Program-made: the position numbers and the translations under genes
Source of the DNA: Guillardia theta CCMP2712
Taxonomy: Eukaryota > Protista > Cryptophyta
Length of the DNA stretch: 64,000 bases
Reading direction: 5' to 3'
Assembly: GCF_000315625.1 (NCBI RefSeq)
Contig: NW_005434625.1
Location: 79,726-143,725 of the forward strand
Shown here: positions 35,490 to 48,123 of the stretch, piece after piece
How the letters are laid out: every line of letters begins with the position of its first letter
Position numbering within the stretch: position 1 is the stretch's first letter
The notes under the pieces: model-generated
Databases searched by the model: none
What the model saw: the letters and a program-made list of their open reading frames with translations, nothing else
What the model was told of the DNA's origin: nothing

Positions 35490-36735
35490 GATATTGCAGC
35501 ATTGTCGAACACCTACCCACCCTTGTCTCTCCACCACTCCTCAATTATCCCACCACCCGCTTGATTTGGGGTGCAGCACAGTCCCAGTCATGCTAGAAAG
35601 TACCGGTAGTGAAGATACCCCACCCCTCAAGAATTTCATTTCGTTTGGACCACCCACGTCGCAGCTAACCCAGGGAATTACCACCCTACCCCAATATTCC
35701 AAGAAAACAGTACCCTACCCTACAACAAAACTTAGCACCCACCTTGTCTTCGCCCGCATCTCGTCATACCGTTGACGAACCCTACCTCCCAATTTCACAA
35801 CAGAATACCCCACCATTTAGCTGTCTTAACCCCCCAGGCGGATTCTTCAGAGTACCACCACCCATCATGGGTACCCCATTTCTGCCCCACCCCGTACCCC
35901 CCAAATGTATCCCAACCATCTCCTGGGGAGCTTGCATTTAATAAAACTATTAAATAAAAACAATTATAATTCTTCGTCTTCAAGGGTGGGGTAGCTGAAA
36001 TGATCTCGACCGATGGGTGGGTAGAATAGAAGGAGGGGTGGGGAAACTTTTCAGTAAAACCACGTGGTACAGCTACCAATGAGACATTGTAGCAGGGGTG
36101 GCACAAGAAAAGGGGGTATCCTCCTACGAAAGGGGGCTCCGGTACAATACAACAGTACCAAGTCGTTTTGTCATCACCCAATGGTAGAAATAGCCTTTAT
36201 AAATTTGTATTTATAAAACTATTTATTTTAGTCTCGGCGGTGAGGAAGGCCCCGGGCCCGCCACCGGACGGTGATCGGATCGGACTCAGCACCGTGACTG
36301 CGGCACCTGACGTCACTGAGTGACTCGTTCCCGGACGCTCAATTGGCCAGGGCCCAGCGGCTCGCAAGTTCGGCGTCCGGCGACAAGGATAAAGTGGACT
36401 TGATGTCACTGAGTCAGGTCCGGGACAACCGTGATCATCGGATGTACGGTCACTGAGTCACAGTCAGGTTTACACAAATCATCGGCGAATCACTCAGGCT
36501 GAGCAGTTTGGTAGTTTAATCTGATTGCAAGAAGAATTTTGACTCTGCAGGCGCGGCGCGCTTGTTCTATGAAAACTCAGTGTGTATTGCGCCGCCGGCA
36601 GGCGGGAGTCAGTTTCAGTCTGACAACGGACCGGGTCGCCGACTCGTGATCCGACTCGAAGTTGGTGACAGTGCGGGCCTCGGCGAACTTCGGAACTTAG
36701 AAGTTTTGGCCCGGACGCCGGAACTTCACTGAGTC
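35490..36735. promoter_or_regulatory. Intergenic module: ACCCC/GGGGT-rich block (35490-36190) plus GC-rich motif mosaic (36230-36735)
   Basis: The same two-block composition recurs in several other intergenic gaps (see findings). Function is inferred only. Confidence 0.4.
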
Positions 36736-36739
36736 ACTG

Positions 36740-37500
36740 AGTTTGAACGGAAAAAGAGAAGTAGAGAACGAGTTTTACTAGCACACTCCCACACCACTGC
36801 CTCTGCCTCACCCTCTCTAGAACAATTGACCGTCCTCGTTCTGACCTTGTACGATATAGTCGCGGGGAAGGAGTTTGAAATCTTGCCGTGAGAGTTTGAA
36901 AGCTACCAGAAGAACAACAGCAGAACATCTCCGCAACCGCTTCGTAACATTTCGCACCCACTCGCAAGATTGTTGAGCTTGAAGCAACAAGTACTTCACT
37001 GTTAAAGTTAAGAGAAAGCAAGCAAGCGCTTACACAAAGATCAATGTCGATGCAGAGCGTCGTTAAAGTCGCACACCATCTTGCGCAAAGCAGGCGCTCG
37101 TAACTCAGAAGATGGGATCCAAGAATCTTGAGTAGGATCATCAAAGCTCTCCCAGCGAACAAGATATTCTGTACGATTGCCTGAGCCACGACGACGCAAA
37201 ATCTTTTTCACTTCGTAGAAGTCACCATCTGCCGTGACGATGGGAGCAGGAGGCTGGGAGCGATCATCCAAGGTAGGATCACGAAAGTAGTAAGGACGCA
37301 GCTTTGAAACATTGTACACTGCATCCTTGCGATGCCGAAAGCTCGGAAGAAAAGCCTGACAAATGTACTGCACTGTCAGACTGCTTTTTCAGTATCCGCA
37401 AAGGTCCAATAAATTTCATACGAAGCTTCCGATCGCCTGAAGGAGATTTTGGAGATGCTTGATGAGTTGCTGAAGCAGTTCGTTTAGACAGGAGCATTTC
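36740..37500 (-). mobile_element. Ty3/Gypsy chromovirus 3' remnant (integrase C-terminal GPF/Y region + chromodomain + PPT + partial 3' LTR)
   Basis: RKLRMKFIGPLRILKK is frameshifted relative to VYNVSKLRPY..FYEVKKILRRRGSGNRTEYLVRWESFDDPTQDSWIP. A purine-rich GAGTGGGTGCGAAA is followed by TGTTAC at 36949. Confidence 0.85.
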
Positions 37501-39399
37501 TTCGACATGCTTGAGTCCCTCAAGGCCCGGCGTGACGAGTTCGGAATGGCGAAGTACTGTACGTCACTGACAGTAGCGTACCGGTCATGTACGAGGGATG
37601 CATAGTGAGGAGGTCCGACGCTCGCTCGGCGCTCGTGCATGAGCGGAGCGGCCTCACCACCCCTAGTAGTTCCTATCGACTATAAAAGGATCATCGACAA
37701 CTGCTAAGGTGGTCTGTCTGTCCTTCCCCTTGCTGTGTGTGCCACCAACCCGGATAGTGCGTTGGAGTTATCAAATAAACGGAGGTGCCTTGAGTATTCG
37801 CTGTCGACGTCTGCAACCCGTAAAGCTTTTCCACCTGGAGGGAACTACAGGGTGGCAAGACCGTGAACACAGTCAAAGAGGAATAGAACAGCGTGCCAAC
37901 TGGAATGGCCCAGTTCTATTCCTCTTTGCAGTTCTATTGGTTACCCTTTTAATTCGTATGCAATGTGCAATTACACTGTTGTCAGACTGTCTATTATTGC
38001 AAACAACATTTAAATTCCCATATACCACACTGCTCGTGGTTATTTGCCATTTCTGTCTTGCTTCAAGTGCCATGCCATGCCATGCCATGCCATGCCCTGA
38101 ATGAAAGTTCCATTCCTAACTGCTTCCTGAAAGTTCTTCTGGCGTCTCTCCTTGTCCTCCATAAAACAAGTTCTGTATCGTTTCGTAGCTGCTTGCAGAG
38201 CCTCCTCCTATGCCCACTGTCTTGGTTGCATCCTTTCTCTTTTTCTACCCCCGCGTTTCCATCTCTTTCCCTTTCCCTTGCTCCGCCTCGAACCTTTGAG
38301 CGTCATCGCAATGCTCAGATATGTCCAATGGGGCAGGGTCACACCAGCAACCCCACCCGACCCCTCCCAACTTCCTTTAGAACTCCTTGGAGGTAGAGAG
38401 GGGTAGGGGTGGGGTGGTCGCATCCTGGAGTCGCAAGACTTGGTTATCTCAGTGGAGATCAGTTCGAAAGAATGTCTTTTCCCTTCTTAAAAATTCTTTT
38501 CTCAAAGTAAAAACAAATGTAACTGAGATCTGAGGGAGATGACAGGTCACCATACTGGTGCACTGCGGATGGATATGGGGTGGGGGTTCCGGGGGCTTGA
38601 GTAGTGACCCATGTCATTGGGCGAGCAGAGGTATAGGGGAGGGTGTGGTGTCAACACCCCTCATGCAGTAGCGTTCGAAATGCAGGTTTTTAGGGGGGTG
38701 ATGGAATGGGGTACTTCTTTACCACCAAGGGCGAAAATGCGGAAAGGACCTAGAAGAATGGGTTACAAACATTACCCCTACCCCACCCTGTCGTTCCCTC
38801 AGTTGTTTTAACGAGTACCCGTCATTCTTCCATAATTCGTATGCCGTCTTGGTACTAAAATCAACCACCCACCTGAGATGAGATTAAGAACAGACTACCC
38901 CTACCCCATGTGTGTATTTTCCTTGCGATCCCCACGGCGGGCGAGGCGAAAGAAATGCAGATTGAACGGGGATGTACCATGGAGAACGTTAGTCAGGAGA
39001 AGCGCGATGAAAAAACATAGATTGTTTGCGAGAAAGATTACAGTAGAGGAAACAGTGGCACAGAGAGAGGGATGGCTTGACGAGGTGAAGAAAACAATGT
39101 GAACTCAACGCAAGGACTAGCGAACAACGCAGGAAGGTGGTGTTGGATAGTTGTTTGTATTCCCGATTCTTGAAATATTCAAAGTCAGCATGTATAATCA
39201 TGATCGGAATAGACCTAAACGGCTCCACATACTTTTCCTGCCTCACTAACCTGTTGCCCTAATCCGATCATGTTCGTGTTTCGAGACCAATCTGTTCTCT
39301 CATACTATTGGCAGTTGACCAACAAATAAACTTCAAAATGCGATCTAGACACTGCACAAATAGTTTGAGGTGACAGAAATTACACGAGCTAAAGGATCC

Positions 39400-40640
39400 A
39401 TGAAGATGATTACTGATCCGTTTGAGGTAACTTGCGACACTGGGGCTGTACGGTTGACTGATTGAATTCCTTGATTGTTTGGCACTCCAGGAGTTTGAAC
39501 GACCGCAGTTGATAGTTTCCAGCCGGAATCCGTTTTCAATCATGCAAGTGAATCAAGCATGGATTGAAATGTGGGGTATAGAGGCGCATGAAGCTATCGG
39601 GTCTTCGTTAGCTATACTGCAGGTTGTTCTTGGCTTTGAAGCTGCTCTCCCCTTCTTTTCACCATATTTTGACAGGGGGGCAGCAAGCAAGTTATAGATA
39701 CAATGGAAGATATCATAAGCCAATTGTCTACAAACAGACTTCAAACAATCACTTTGGAGATGATTGGATATACAAAGACTGGAGTTGCCATACACAACAG
39801 ATGGTACGTGTACCCAGCCAATGCTCAGTGCATTGAGGGTAGTTTCTATCTAATCGTCGTCACGATGGAACAAATTCAGAATCAAGAAGATCGCCTGAAT
39901 CCTCTCATCACTTGTTATCGCGAAGGCAAAGGTGGTCATTGCTCGATGGGTCAAGCGAGCAATTCGGAGACCCTCAAGGAATCTCAACAGCTTGAAGACA
40001 AGTGGAATCAGCTCAATATCAACGATACCAAGGAGAACAACAATTTGGCAACGGCATCAACTATCAGCAATCACCGAGACGCTAGCAGAAAAGGTGAAGA
40101 AGTGTGCGGTGAAGAGGAAACGGACCCTTGGAGATTTGTTTTCTTCCAAGAGGTCGAACTTTCAATCCCCTTAGAAGTGTTATGCTCAGAAGCCTCAGTC
40201 TTTGGCCTCGAGCGAGCGATCCGTCGCATGCAGGACATCCACCTTGTAGAGAGTTTTGCTTTCGGCAACAGAGGGACAGAGAACATGGACATAACACTGA
40301 AGCTGAAAGTGGACCTGGAGCTGTTGCGAGCTCATATGCATGACTGCCAGGTGAGGTCCAAGTTGCGGTTTGCTGGTTGAGGTCTCACGGGAAATGTTGG
40401 GCACAGCTCTGCGTTCCCCAGGAGGAGCTTACATGGGATGTCTGGTGGCGAGCAGCTTTCTGTCTCGAGGAGTACCTCAAGGGTAACGACAGCACGGTGA
40501 GCTGGACGGGGAGGCGCAACTTCATCTTCTTCGTATTCAATGGTGTGCAGGACGGTGAGAGCTCTCGGCGGAAGATGATAGATCATCTGGTTTGCCCAGA
40601 TAAGGGATCTGATCTTTCTTTCTTGATGGAGGACGAATAG
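39400..40640 (+). CDS. PAS-domain protein with uncharacterised C-terminal domain
   Basis: MKMITDPFE/EFERPQLIVSSRNPFSIMQVNQAWIEMWGIEAHEAIGSSLAILQ...GYTKTG matches the PAS pattern; GT-AG introns are phase-compatible. Confidence 0.7.
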
Positions 40641-40899
40641 CGAACAGGTCTCCCCCTAACACCTCGCCTGTAATTTGTTATTTCTAGAATCCTAGTGTTT
40701 TTTCCTGTAGACTTGGCTGCCAGTATGTTGGCCGTGGTGATTTCGGTCACTTTCGAATGTAATTTTGTTCAAAGTTCTTTATCTCCTCTGCGTGGTCATC
40801 TCACACCCAGTCTTCCCTATAGCCTCTCCTCTTGTTCTCGCGCGAGTCGAGATGAAACTTCGGACTCCTGTCATAAGACTCAGCAGGTACCGTGGCAGG

Positions 40900-43800
40900 C
40901 AAGGTAGGGGGAGGATATTTCACGATACAAGTCTCAGACCCCTGCACAAGAGGTTTTCTTCACGAGCTCAAGGCTGCAGAGAGACGACGCTCCCCCGCAT
41001 TGATCGAGAGAAAGTAGAACAATCATCATCATCGACTTGGGTGATGGAAATTCAGAAGAAAAGAGGATTTTGACCAGGCATGAAAGATGGAGGAAGTTCA
41101 GTGACATTGCAAACTTACATATGTACAAGCCAACCTCCCTCCTGGTCATTCGCATCTTCACACAGCCTTGAATCTACTTGCTTGTATCCCCTTGGTATTT
41201 CATTTTGCCGCTCCTCCCAGCCCACGGTCGCACGCAGCAGCATGTTTGATTGGTCGGTCTTGATGGCAGACCTTGAGGATGATGGTGATGATTGTGAGAG
41301 AGCAGTACATGCCTCACAGGGTCTGTCTTCATCGCATCCTCTCCTCTCCCTCCCTCCGCCAGCCGTCTCTTGTCCCTCCTTCCTCTCACCATAGATTTGC
41401 GTCCATGACCCGGAGCGTCGAGGCCGGCCGGGCCCGGAGGCTCATGACCCTAACTAACGTAGCGTCCCTGAGGCGGGCTAACCTACAGTAGTGTGGTCGA
41501 TGCTGGAAGAAATGGAGGGAACGACAAGGGGCTGAAGCTCGAGGTCATGCTGATAGAGACAAGAGGTAGATTTGCTATCCTCCCTCCTCTTCCTCCCTCC
41601 TCCCTCCTCCCTCCTCTTCCTCTTCCTCTTCCTCTTCCTCTTCCTCTTCCTCTTCCTCTTCCTCTTCCTCTTCCTCTTCCTCTTCCTCTTCCTCTTCCTC
41701 TTCCTCCCCCTCTCCCTCCCCCTCCCCCTCTCCCTTTCCCTATTCCTCTCCCTCTCCTCAACTCAACTCGTCTCCCCTCACCTTATCTCCCCTCCCCCTT
41801 CTTTTCCTCATCTCCTCTTTCCTCCTTGCCCTCCCTTCTCCTCACTCTCCTCCCTCCTGGTTGCTCAAGTTCGTGTCCTTTTAGCCTTTCTCTTGGTTTT
41901 CCTGGCATTTCCTTACGACTCAGCGGGCTGGACGTGTCTGCCTCGAGTAATCTCACCTCCTCCAGCTCATCCTCGTAACTTGCCCTGCAGGTTTCCCAAC
42001 TCCATTGCGAGCCTTTGACGCTTTCTGCGTTGCATCCCTCCACTAAAGGTTTCACCTCTTTCCTCGCATCTTCTCTCACCACCTGCAGCTCCACTGCACT
42101 GGCGATCAAGAAGCCACTGCGATGTCCGCGTGAGAGCGGCGAACGGGCAAGGTAACCTGAGAGGGGACGGATGAAGACCAGGAAGAGGACGATGAGAAGG
42201 AAAGTGGCGAGCTGATTTGGCGCCTGCAGGGGATGTGAGCAAGAACTCGGAGCTGCATGTGCGACAAGGCCGGCGGTCAAGTCGAGATCCTGACAGCCGC
42301 CTGAGCGTGCGTCCCTCCAACAATGGGACTGATGCGGCTGAAGCTCGCCATTGGTCCATGGAGGCTGAACCATCCCTGGAAGTTCACTCGCTCTGGGAGC
42401 TCACGATGGGGGTGCCGGTGCTGGACAACGCCAAGGAAGAAGTGGAGGAGGGAGAGTTCTTCGAGGAGAGCCTCAGCCGCGTTGTCGACCCATCCTCGCA
42501 TGGCCCTCGCACCTTCGGTCGATGGGAAAAAAGGCAGCCAACAATAGAAGAGGTCAGAGCAGGGATGAGAAAGGTCGAGCAAGCGTTGGATGCGTGCGCG
42601 TGTGAGAGAGAAGTGCAGGTCGGGATTTGCATCATCCCTCCTCACTCCAGTTGGGAGCAGATCCAGACCATCAGGTCGAAGCACGACAGGCATCACCTGC
42701 GGTGAGAAGGAGAAGGAGAAATGGAGGAGGTGACAGCAGCACGAGCCGCTTGTTGACTCTTGAGGCAGGTGGATGCCGCATCTCAACCTGCTGTATCCTC
42801 TCCTGCTCACTCAGGTTCTCTTCCTCCTCTTGTCTTGATCTCATCCTCTTCCAGGAGGAGCTCGACGCCTTGCCGCAGCGTCTTCAGTCAGTCACACGGC
42901 AGGGCGGGGGAAGCTTCTGCGTGAGCCTCAGCACCATCGGCGTCTTCCGTCATCCTCTCAGTGTCATGCTGTGGGTGGGGCCGAGCAAGGAGGCCAAGGA
43001 GAAGCTTGTGGCGTTGCAGTCTTGTCTCAAGGTGTTTAACCTCCACTCCTCCCCCTCCCCCTCCTTCACCAGCACCCCAAAACGTTTCGCTCCTTCTTTT
43101 TGACCCACGACGCAGAGCACGTTGGACGGGTTCATCCCGCGCGAGAGAAAGGAGGCGATGCTATTAAAATTCAAGAATGCGAGCGGCAGCTCGAGGATGA
43201 CGGACCTCAAACCTTCACTTACTATGGAAGAGTCTGAAGACGACGATGACGTTTATGACGACGTTGATTTCACCCCCCACGTGTGTTTGGGCCAGTGGAA
43301 GTCCTTGGAAGAGGTAGGAACATATGAGAGGGGCAGCCGTTGAGAGCTCCTTCCAGGCGGAGGAGGAAAGGACGAAGATCGCCGAGCATTGGCAACCGAT
43401 CGAGGTGGGAGAAGGAGGCGGGAGGGATGGAAGCGACTGACTCTGATGCTCTCAGTGGAATCTCTCTGCGATCTTTGTCATCGACACGGATGAGAACGGC
43501 ACGCACAGCGTTCACTCCACGCTTCCTCTCTCGCCGCATGGCTCGCAGACCTCGTGGACAGACTTGAGTCGCAGGCTCGAGGGCTCGCGAGAGCTTTCTC
43601 TGGGACGATCATCTCAGGAAAAGGGGAAGAAACAAAGCACAGCAGTCGAGAGACCCAAAGTTGCTGACCGAAGTCCGAGGTGGCAGAGAGGAGAATTATT
43701 TTCAGAGGATAAGGAGCATAAGGAGGATGAGACGGTTTGATCAGGAGGGTGAAGAGGAAGCTGCTGCTCACCTCTCGGTCTACAGGTCAGCCTTGCCGAT

Positions 43801-45649
43801 GCTCAGCTTCAACTTCCTTCTCTGGAGCGCAAGACAACAAGACGCAACGGCACTGCCGCTGATCTCTCTTCCTCCTTCCCTGCCTCAGTCCTGCTGCCCC
43901 CCAGCTCCTCAAGTGTGATCGGCGCATTCGTGGGTAAGCTAGGAAACCAGATGCTTGGGAGTCTGGGCTGGAGGCCAGCTGGGTCGCAGCTCTTGGGGCC
44001 TTCGCCTCTCAAGTTCGCTCAGTACGTTCGAGAGCTGCAGGAGGAGAACCGGAAGGTGCAGGTGAAGCAGCCGCGACGCGAAGAGGATCAAAGCTCGTCG
44101 CCCTCCTATGAAGATTATTACCAGGCCGGTGACTCCGCAGAGCTCCGCCGCCTCTGACTTGCTGGCAGGAGTCCTCCCCATTTCGTGCCCCCCTGGCCCT
44201 CACAGCGCCGACTGGTCTCACGCTCCTCCTCCCTCCTCGTCTGATGCCTCGCAGTCTTTCCCAAGGCGGAGAGCTTGCGGCCGACCATCTTCTCGGACTT
44301 AGACGATCAGATGATGATGTTGGCGTCGAGGTCGCCGGACTGTCTTGCCCTCGCTCTGGCTCATCGCTACTGCAGATATCAGACAGCAGGAGGCTCAGCT
44401 GAGCTCGGGCTATGGCAACGGAAGCCTCCTCTCGAGATCCTTCTCCTTCAACACGGTGACGTCAAACCCTCCCTCCTCTCTCGCTCATCGTGCTGCCTCC
44501 TCACACAATCCGACGCAGCCACCAAGTCCTTGCACGGCATGAAGTCAAGGCTACAGGCTCGCTTGCTTCTCAGCTCTTCTCAGCTGATCGCTTGCTCAGC
44601 CTGCCGCTGCTCGCATCATCGCCTCCGGTACTCAGTTGGAGCAAGAGCGTCTCACTGAGTTGCTCAAAAATCGCAAGTGAGGGAGAAGAGGAGGGAGAAG
44701 AGGAGAGGGTTGAGTGACGTCACGTTTACAGACAAATGGTGTGGAAGAGAGAAATGGCACTGGAGTCTAAAAAGGTGTCAGACCTTGTTCTCCCCCTCCT
44801 CCCTCACCTTTGCGTCCTCCCCTCCTCTTCTCCTCCTTGTCTGAGATGTCTTTGCAGGTCTTCAACAGAAAAGTTGCCAAGGAAGTTGGGGCCCTGCGAG
44901 GCGAGGTGAGATGAGGGGGAGAGGCGCATGGGACCAGGGGGAGATGCAGAGGTCTGAGGGAGTTTGATGTCGCCAGGTGTCACTGAAACAAGTTCGAGAG
45001 CATCGATGGAACGAGGTGATGTGAACGAGATCTTCTCATCAGCTTTCTCAAGTTTGTATGACCTCAGGCCATCAACGAAGCTCGACGCGATGTCTCCTTC
45101 CTCTCCCCTCTCCTTGCGCTCATTCGCTCGTTGCAGTTTCGGGTCAACAAGCTCAAGTTGGAGGCGTTTGAGAGCAAGGAGCAGCAGGTCTCTCCCTCGC
45201 AGACTTCAATGTTTCTCCTCAACCCCTCGCAGGCCCGTCGCTGGTGCAACTCGATGGCTCGCGACATCGTTCAGACCCTCACGCTCATGGACAAGCAGCA
45301 GGTGACCAGCTGAGCTCTGCTGTCTTGACGTCCTCACTACTGCCCGGCAGGTCATGGAGCTGGTGCGGGACAAGGACAAATGGTCGCGCGTCAAGGACGT
45401 GCTGCAGGCAGCCGCTGGTTCCTTCCTGACCGAGACGTTGACGAGGATGCGGCAGACGCAAGGGAACCTTCGGTTGGACTACAGCTTGCTATGGCTGCTC
45501 GAGAAAGCAGACATCGAGGCTTCGAGCCAGCTGGCGTTCGATTACGTCATGACCATGACCGATTTCGGCGCAAGGTAGCGGCTGAGCCTCCTCGCTCGTT
45601 CGCCTTGACGAGCCCAGCAGGAAGGGGTCCGGGTGGGACAACCACGTGA
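40900..45649 (+). CDS. Large multi-exon gene with central 2H phosphoesterase (LENG9/2'-5' RNA ligase-like) domain; ends approximate
   Basis: GICIIPPHSSWEQIQTIRSKHDR, RWMPHLNLLYP, IGVFRH..LWVGP, FTPHVCLGQW, WNLSAIFVI. Flanking exons are unassigned. Confidence 0.65.
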
Positions 45650-45798
45650 ACACAGACAGGCAAGTCAGAGTCATGTCGCCTGCTCGCTCTGATGGGTTGC
45701 TCAGAGCGTCATCGGAGTTCAAGCTCGACGTGGGAGACGTTCCTGGTTTTTATGTATATTACGACATGTACGGCTGGTGCTAGAAGCAATGAAAGCCC

Positions 45799-48061
45799 TC
45801 AACGCGCAGAGTTTTCATCGAGGCCGAGAATCTTCTCGAGCCTTTCAATCTCCATGTCTGCCGCTGACTTCACTTTCTCCTCGGCTCCTCCCTGCTCTCC
45901 CTCATGAGCTCTCTTCTTCGCGGGAGGTTTCCGAGCAGCGTCAGCGCCTGCTGAGCCAGAAGAAGCAGCCGCCTTCTCCTTGGACCTCACCTCCTCGGTC
46001 TTGCGCAGATTAGGAGAGAGTTTCAAGCAAAGGACTCCTCCTCTATCATCGCCGACAAGTAGCAGCGGCTGCTTGGGGTTGAAGACAACATGCGTGAGCT
46101 TGCTCTTTCGGACCACCTTCTGATCGCACATGGGCTCGTGCTTGTTCTCTGCGAGGTCAAACACGTGCACCTTCCCGTCATTGGTGACAGCCGCAAAGAC
46201 AGAAGATGAGTAGGGGGACCAAGCTGCATCGCCCACAGCGTTGCCAAGGTCGAAGGACATCAAGGGCTGTTTCTGCGTGTGATCCCAGATCTTGACTGTC
46301 CAATCAGCACTCGCCGTGAGGAAAATGCGAGGATGAAACTTGTTCCATCTGACCGCATAGATAGACATGTAGTGACCGTTGTACGTCTCGAGATATTGAC
46401 TGTTGTAGGCCTTGGAGCACTTGTGTATCTTCCCTTCCTCTGTTCCAACAACAAACAAGTGCTCGCTTGACCCGTGAAAGTCGAAGCAGCTTCCTCCAGC
46501 AAGGCCAACCAGCGAAGTTTCCTCACTGTTGTCGTCCGGCCCGTGGGTGATGCCGACTAGCTTGAGCTCCATGACGTCGGTGTACTGCAACTCGCTCTTG
46601 CTCATCGTCCACAAGGTGACTCTGCCGTCAGACGAGATGGAGAAGAAGTTGAGATTCTTGGCGAGATCTTCTTCCTGCCAGCTAACTTGCCACACCGGGT
46701 CTGTGTGCTTGCCGTTCTTGACCGTTGAGTAGAAGATGGGCTTGTTGAGCTTGTTTCTGATGTCAAAGATCATGACCGTGCCGTCATAACATCCCACAGC
46801 CAGGAGGGAGGAGTGCTGCGGGTGGAAGTCAAGGCACATCACTCCGGTCTCAGTGGTGAAAGAGTACTCCGGGTGAGAAGGGTTTTTCAGCGAGAAGCAG
46901 CAGATGACTCCCGACCCTTGCTTCATGAAGTCATAGCTGCCGTAGCCCACCGCAAACAGATCGTTGTACTCCGGGTTCCAACAGAGCGCCGTTACATGCT
47001 TTCTCCTCACTTTCTCCGTCCAAAACTTCCAGAGGGGAAGCAAAGTTCCCTCTCCCTCCTTGAAGGAATCTGACTGGTCGTCCCAGTACTTGTAGTCCTG
47101 AGCGATTTCATCCCATGTGTTCTGATTCACCATTCTCTCCATGATCTTGAGAGATCGGCTCATCGCAGCACTATGCACAATGTCCGCATCTTTCGCGCCC
47201 TCCTTCATGTCGCCGTCGTCATGATCATGCTCAGCATCGTCTTTGTTCGCTACTGATTTCTTTGCTTGCTGCTGGCTTGCCGCGCGCTCCTTGAGCAGCT
47301 TCTGACGTTCGACGTCTTCCACGTAAGCGTCAAAGATTTCCCACTGGTTGACCTGGCAATTGATGGTCAGGCTCGGAGGAGGTTCAGTGATGGTGGCTCG
47401 TTCGCGCAGGGGCTGGTTGAAGGTTTGGCAGGCTCGTTCCGAGTAGTTGAACTGATTTCTCAGCTTCTTTGACTCGCCCCCTGAAAACTCCGTGCTGGTT
47501 TCCGGCGCTCCCATCTGAGCCATCTCTACAGCCCTCTGCTCAGCAATCTTCCTTGCCTCTACTTCTGCCACGATGCGTTTGCCGTCCTCTGACTCTCTGT
47601 GCAACAGGTTTCCTTCCATCTCAAAGTGCTGGGCGCATTGCTCCACTGACGGGTCGAGCTTGTACAGGCGCTCTTTGAAACTAAACCTGACGATGTTCTG
47701 AGGTGCTACCGGATCCTACACGGAGGTCAGAGTGAACGCTTCTATGCTCTCGCATGTCCACCTTCGCACTCAAAACTCTTGTGAACTCTTGCTCGAGCTC
47801 TTTCTCCGTCAAGTTTAACTGATCTGGAGGTTTTACGATCACCGTTGTTGGCTCAACCCTGTCCATTCTTGTTCAGCAGCATGTTCGTCTCAAGCTGCGG
47901 ATGGCATACCATGTAGATCCTCCGTCGCCATTGTCTGTCCCCTTTCGCAGTTTCTCGAGACTTTCTAAGAGCTCTGAGTCACGATCATGATGTGACAACA
48001 ACAACATGTCACCTGGTTTCACTTCCGTCGAATGTCGTTTCGAAACTTTTTTAGGCGCCAT
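45799..48061 (-). CDS. DNAI1: Axonemal outer-arm dynein intermediate chain 1 (IC78/ODA9 type)
   Basis: MAPKK start, KLRNQFNYSERACQT, KIMERMVNQN, LLPLWKF, DLFAVGYGSYDF and WD40 repeats (HTDPVWQV, LVGTEEGKIHKCS-like). Confidence 0.95.
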
Positions 48062-48123
48062 CGGTAAACCCTAAATCACCTTGACACAGATGTGTGGTGT
48101 CAATCAACAATCGATTCACACAC

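Noticed and set aside
37690-38330. Possible small minus-strand gene (MTLKGSRRSKGKGKRWKRG...)
   Set aside because: No consistent exon chain or recognisable domain could be built.
39490-39830. LOV blue-light photoreceptor
   Set aside because: The GxNCRFLQ cysteine is absent (GSSLAILQ); called generic PAS.
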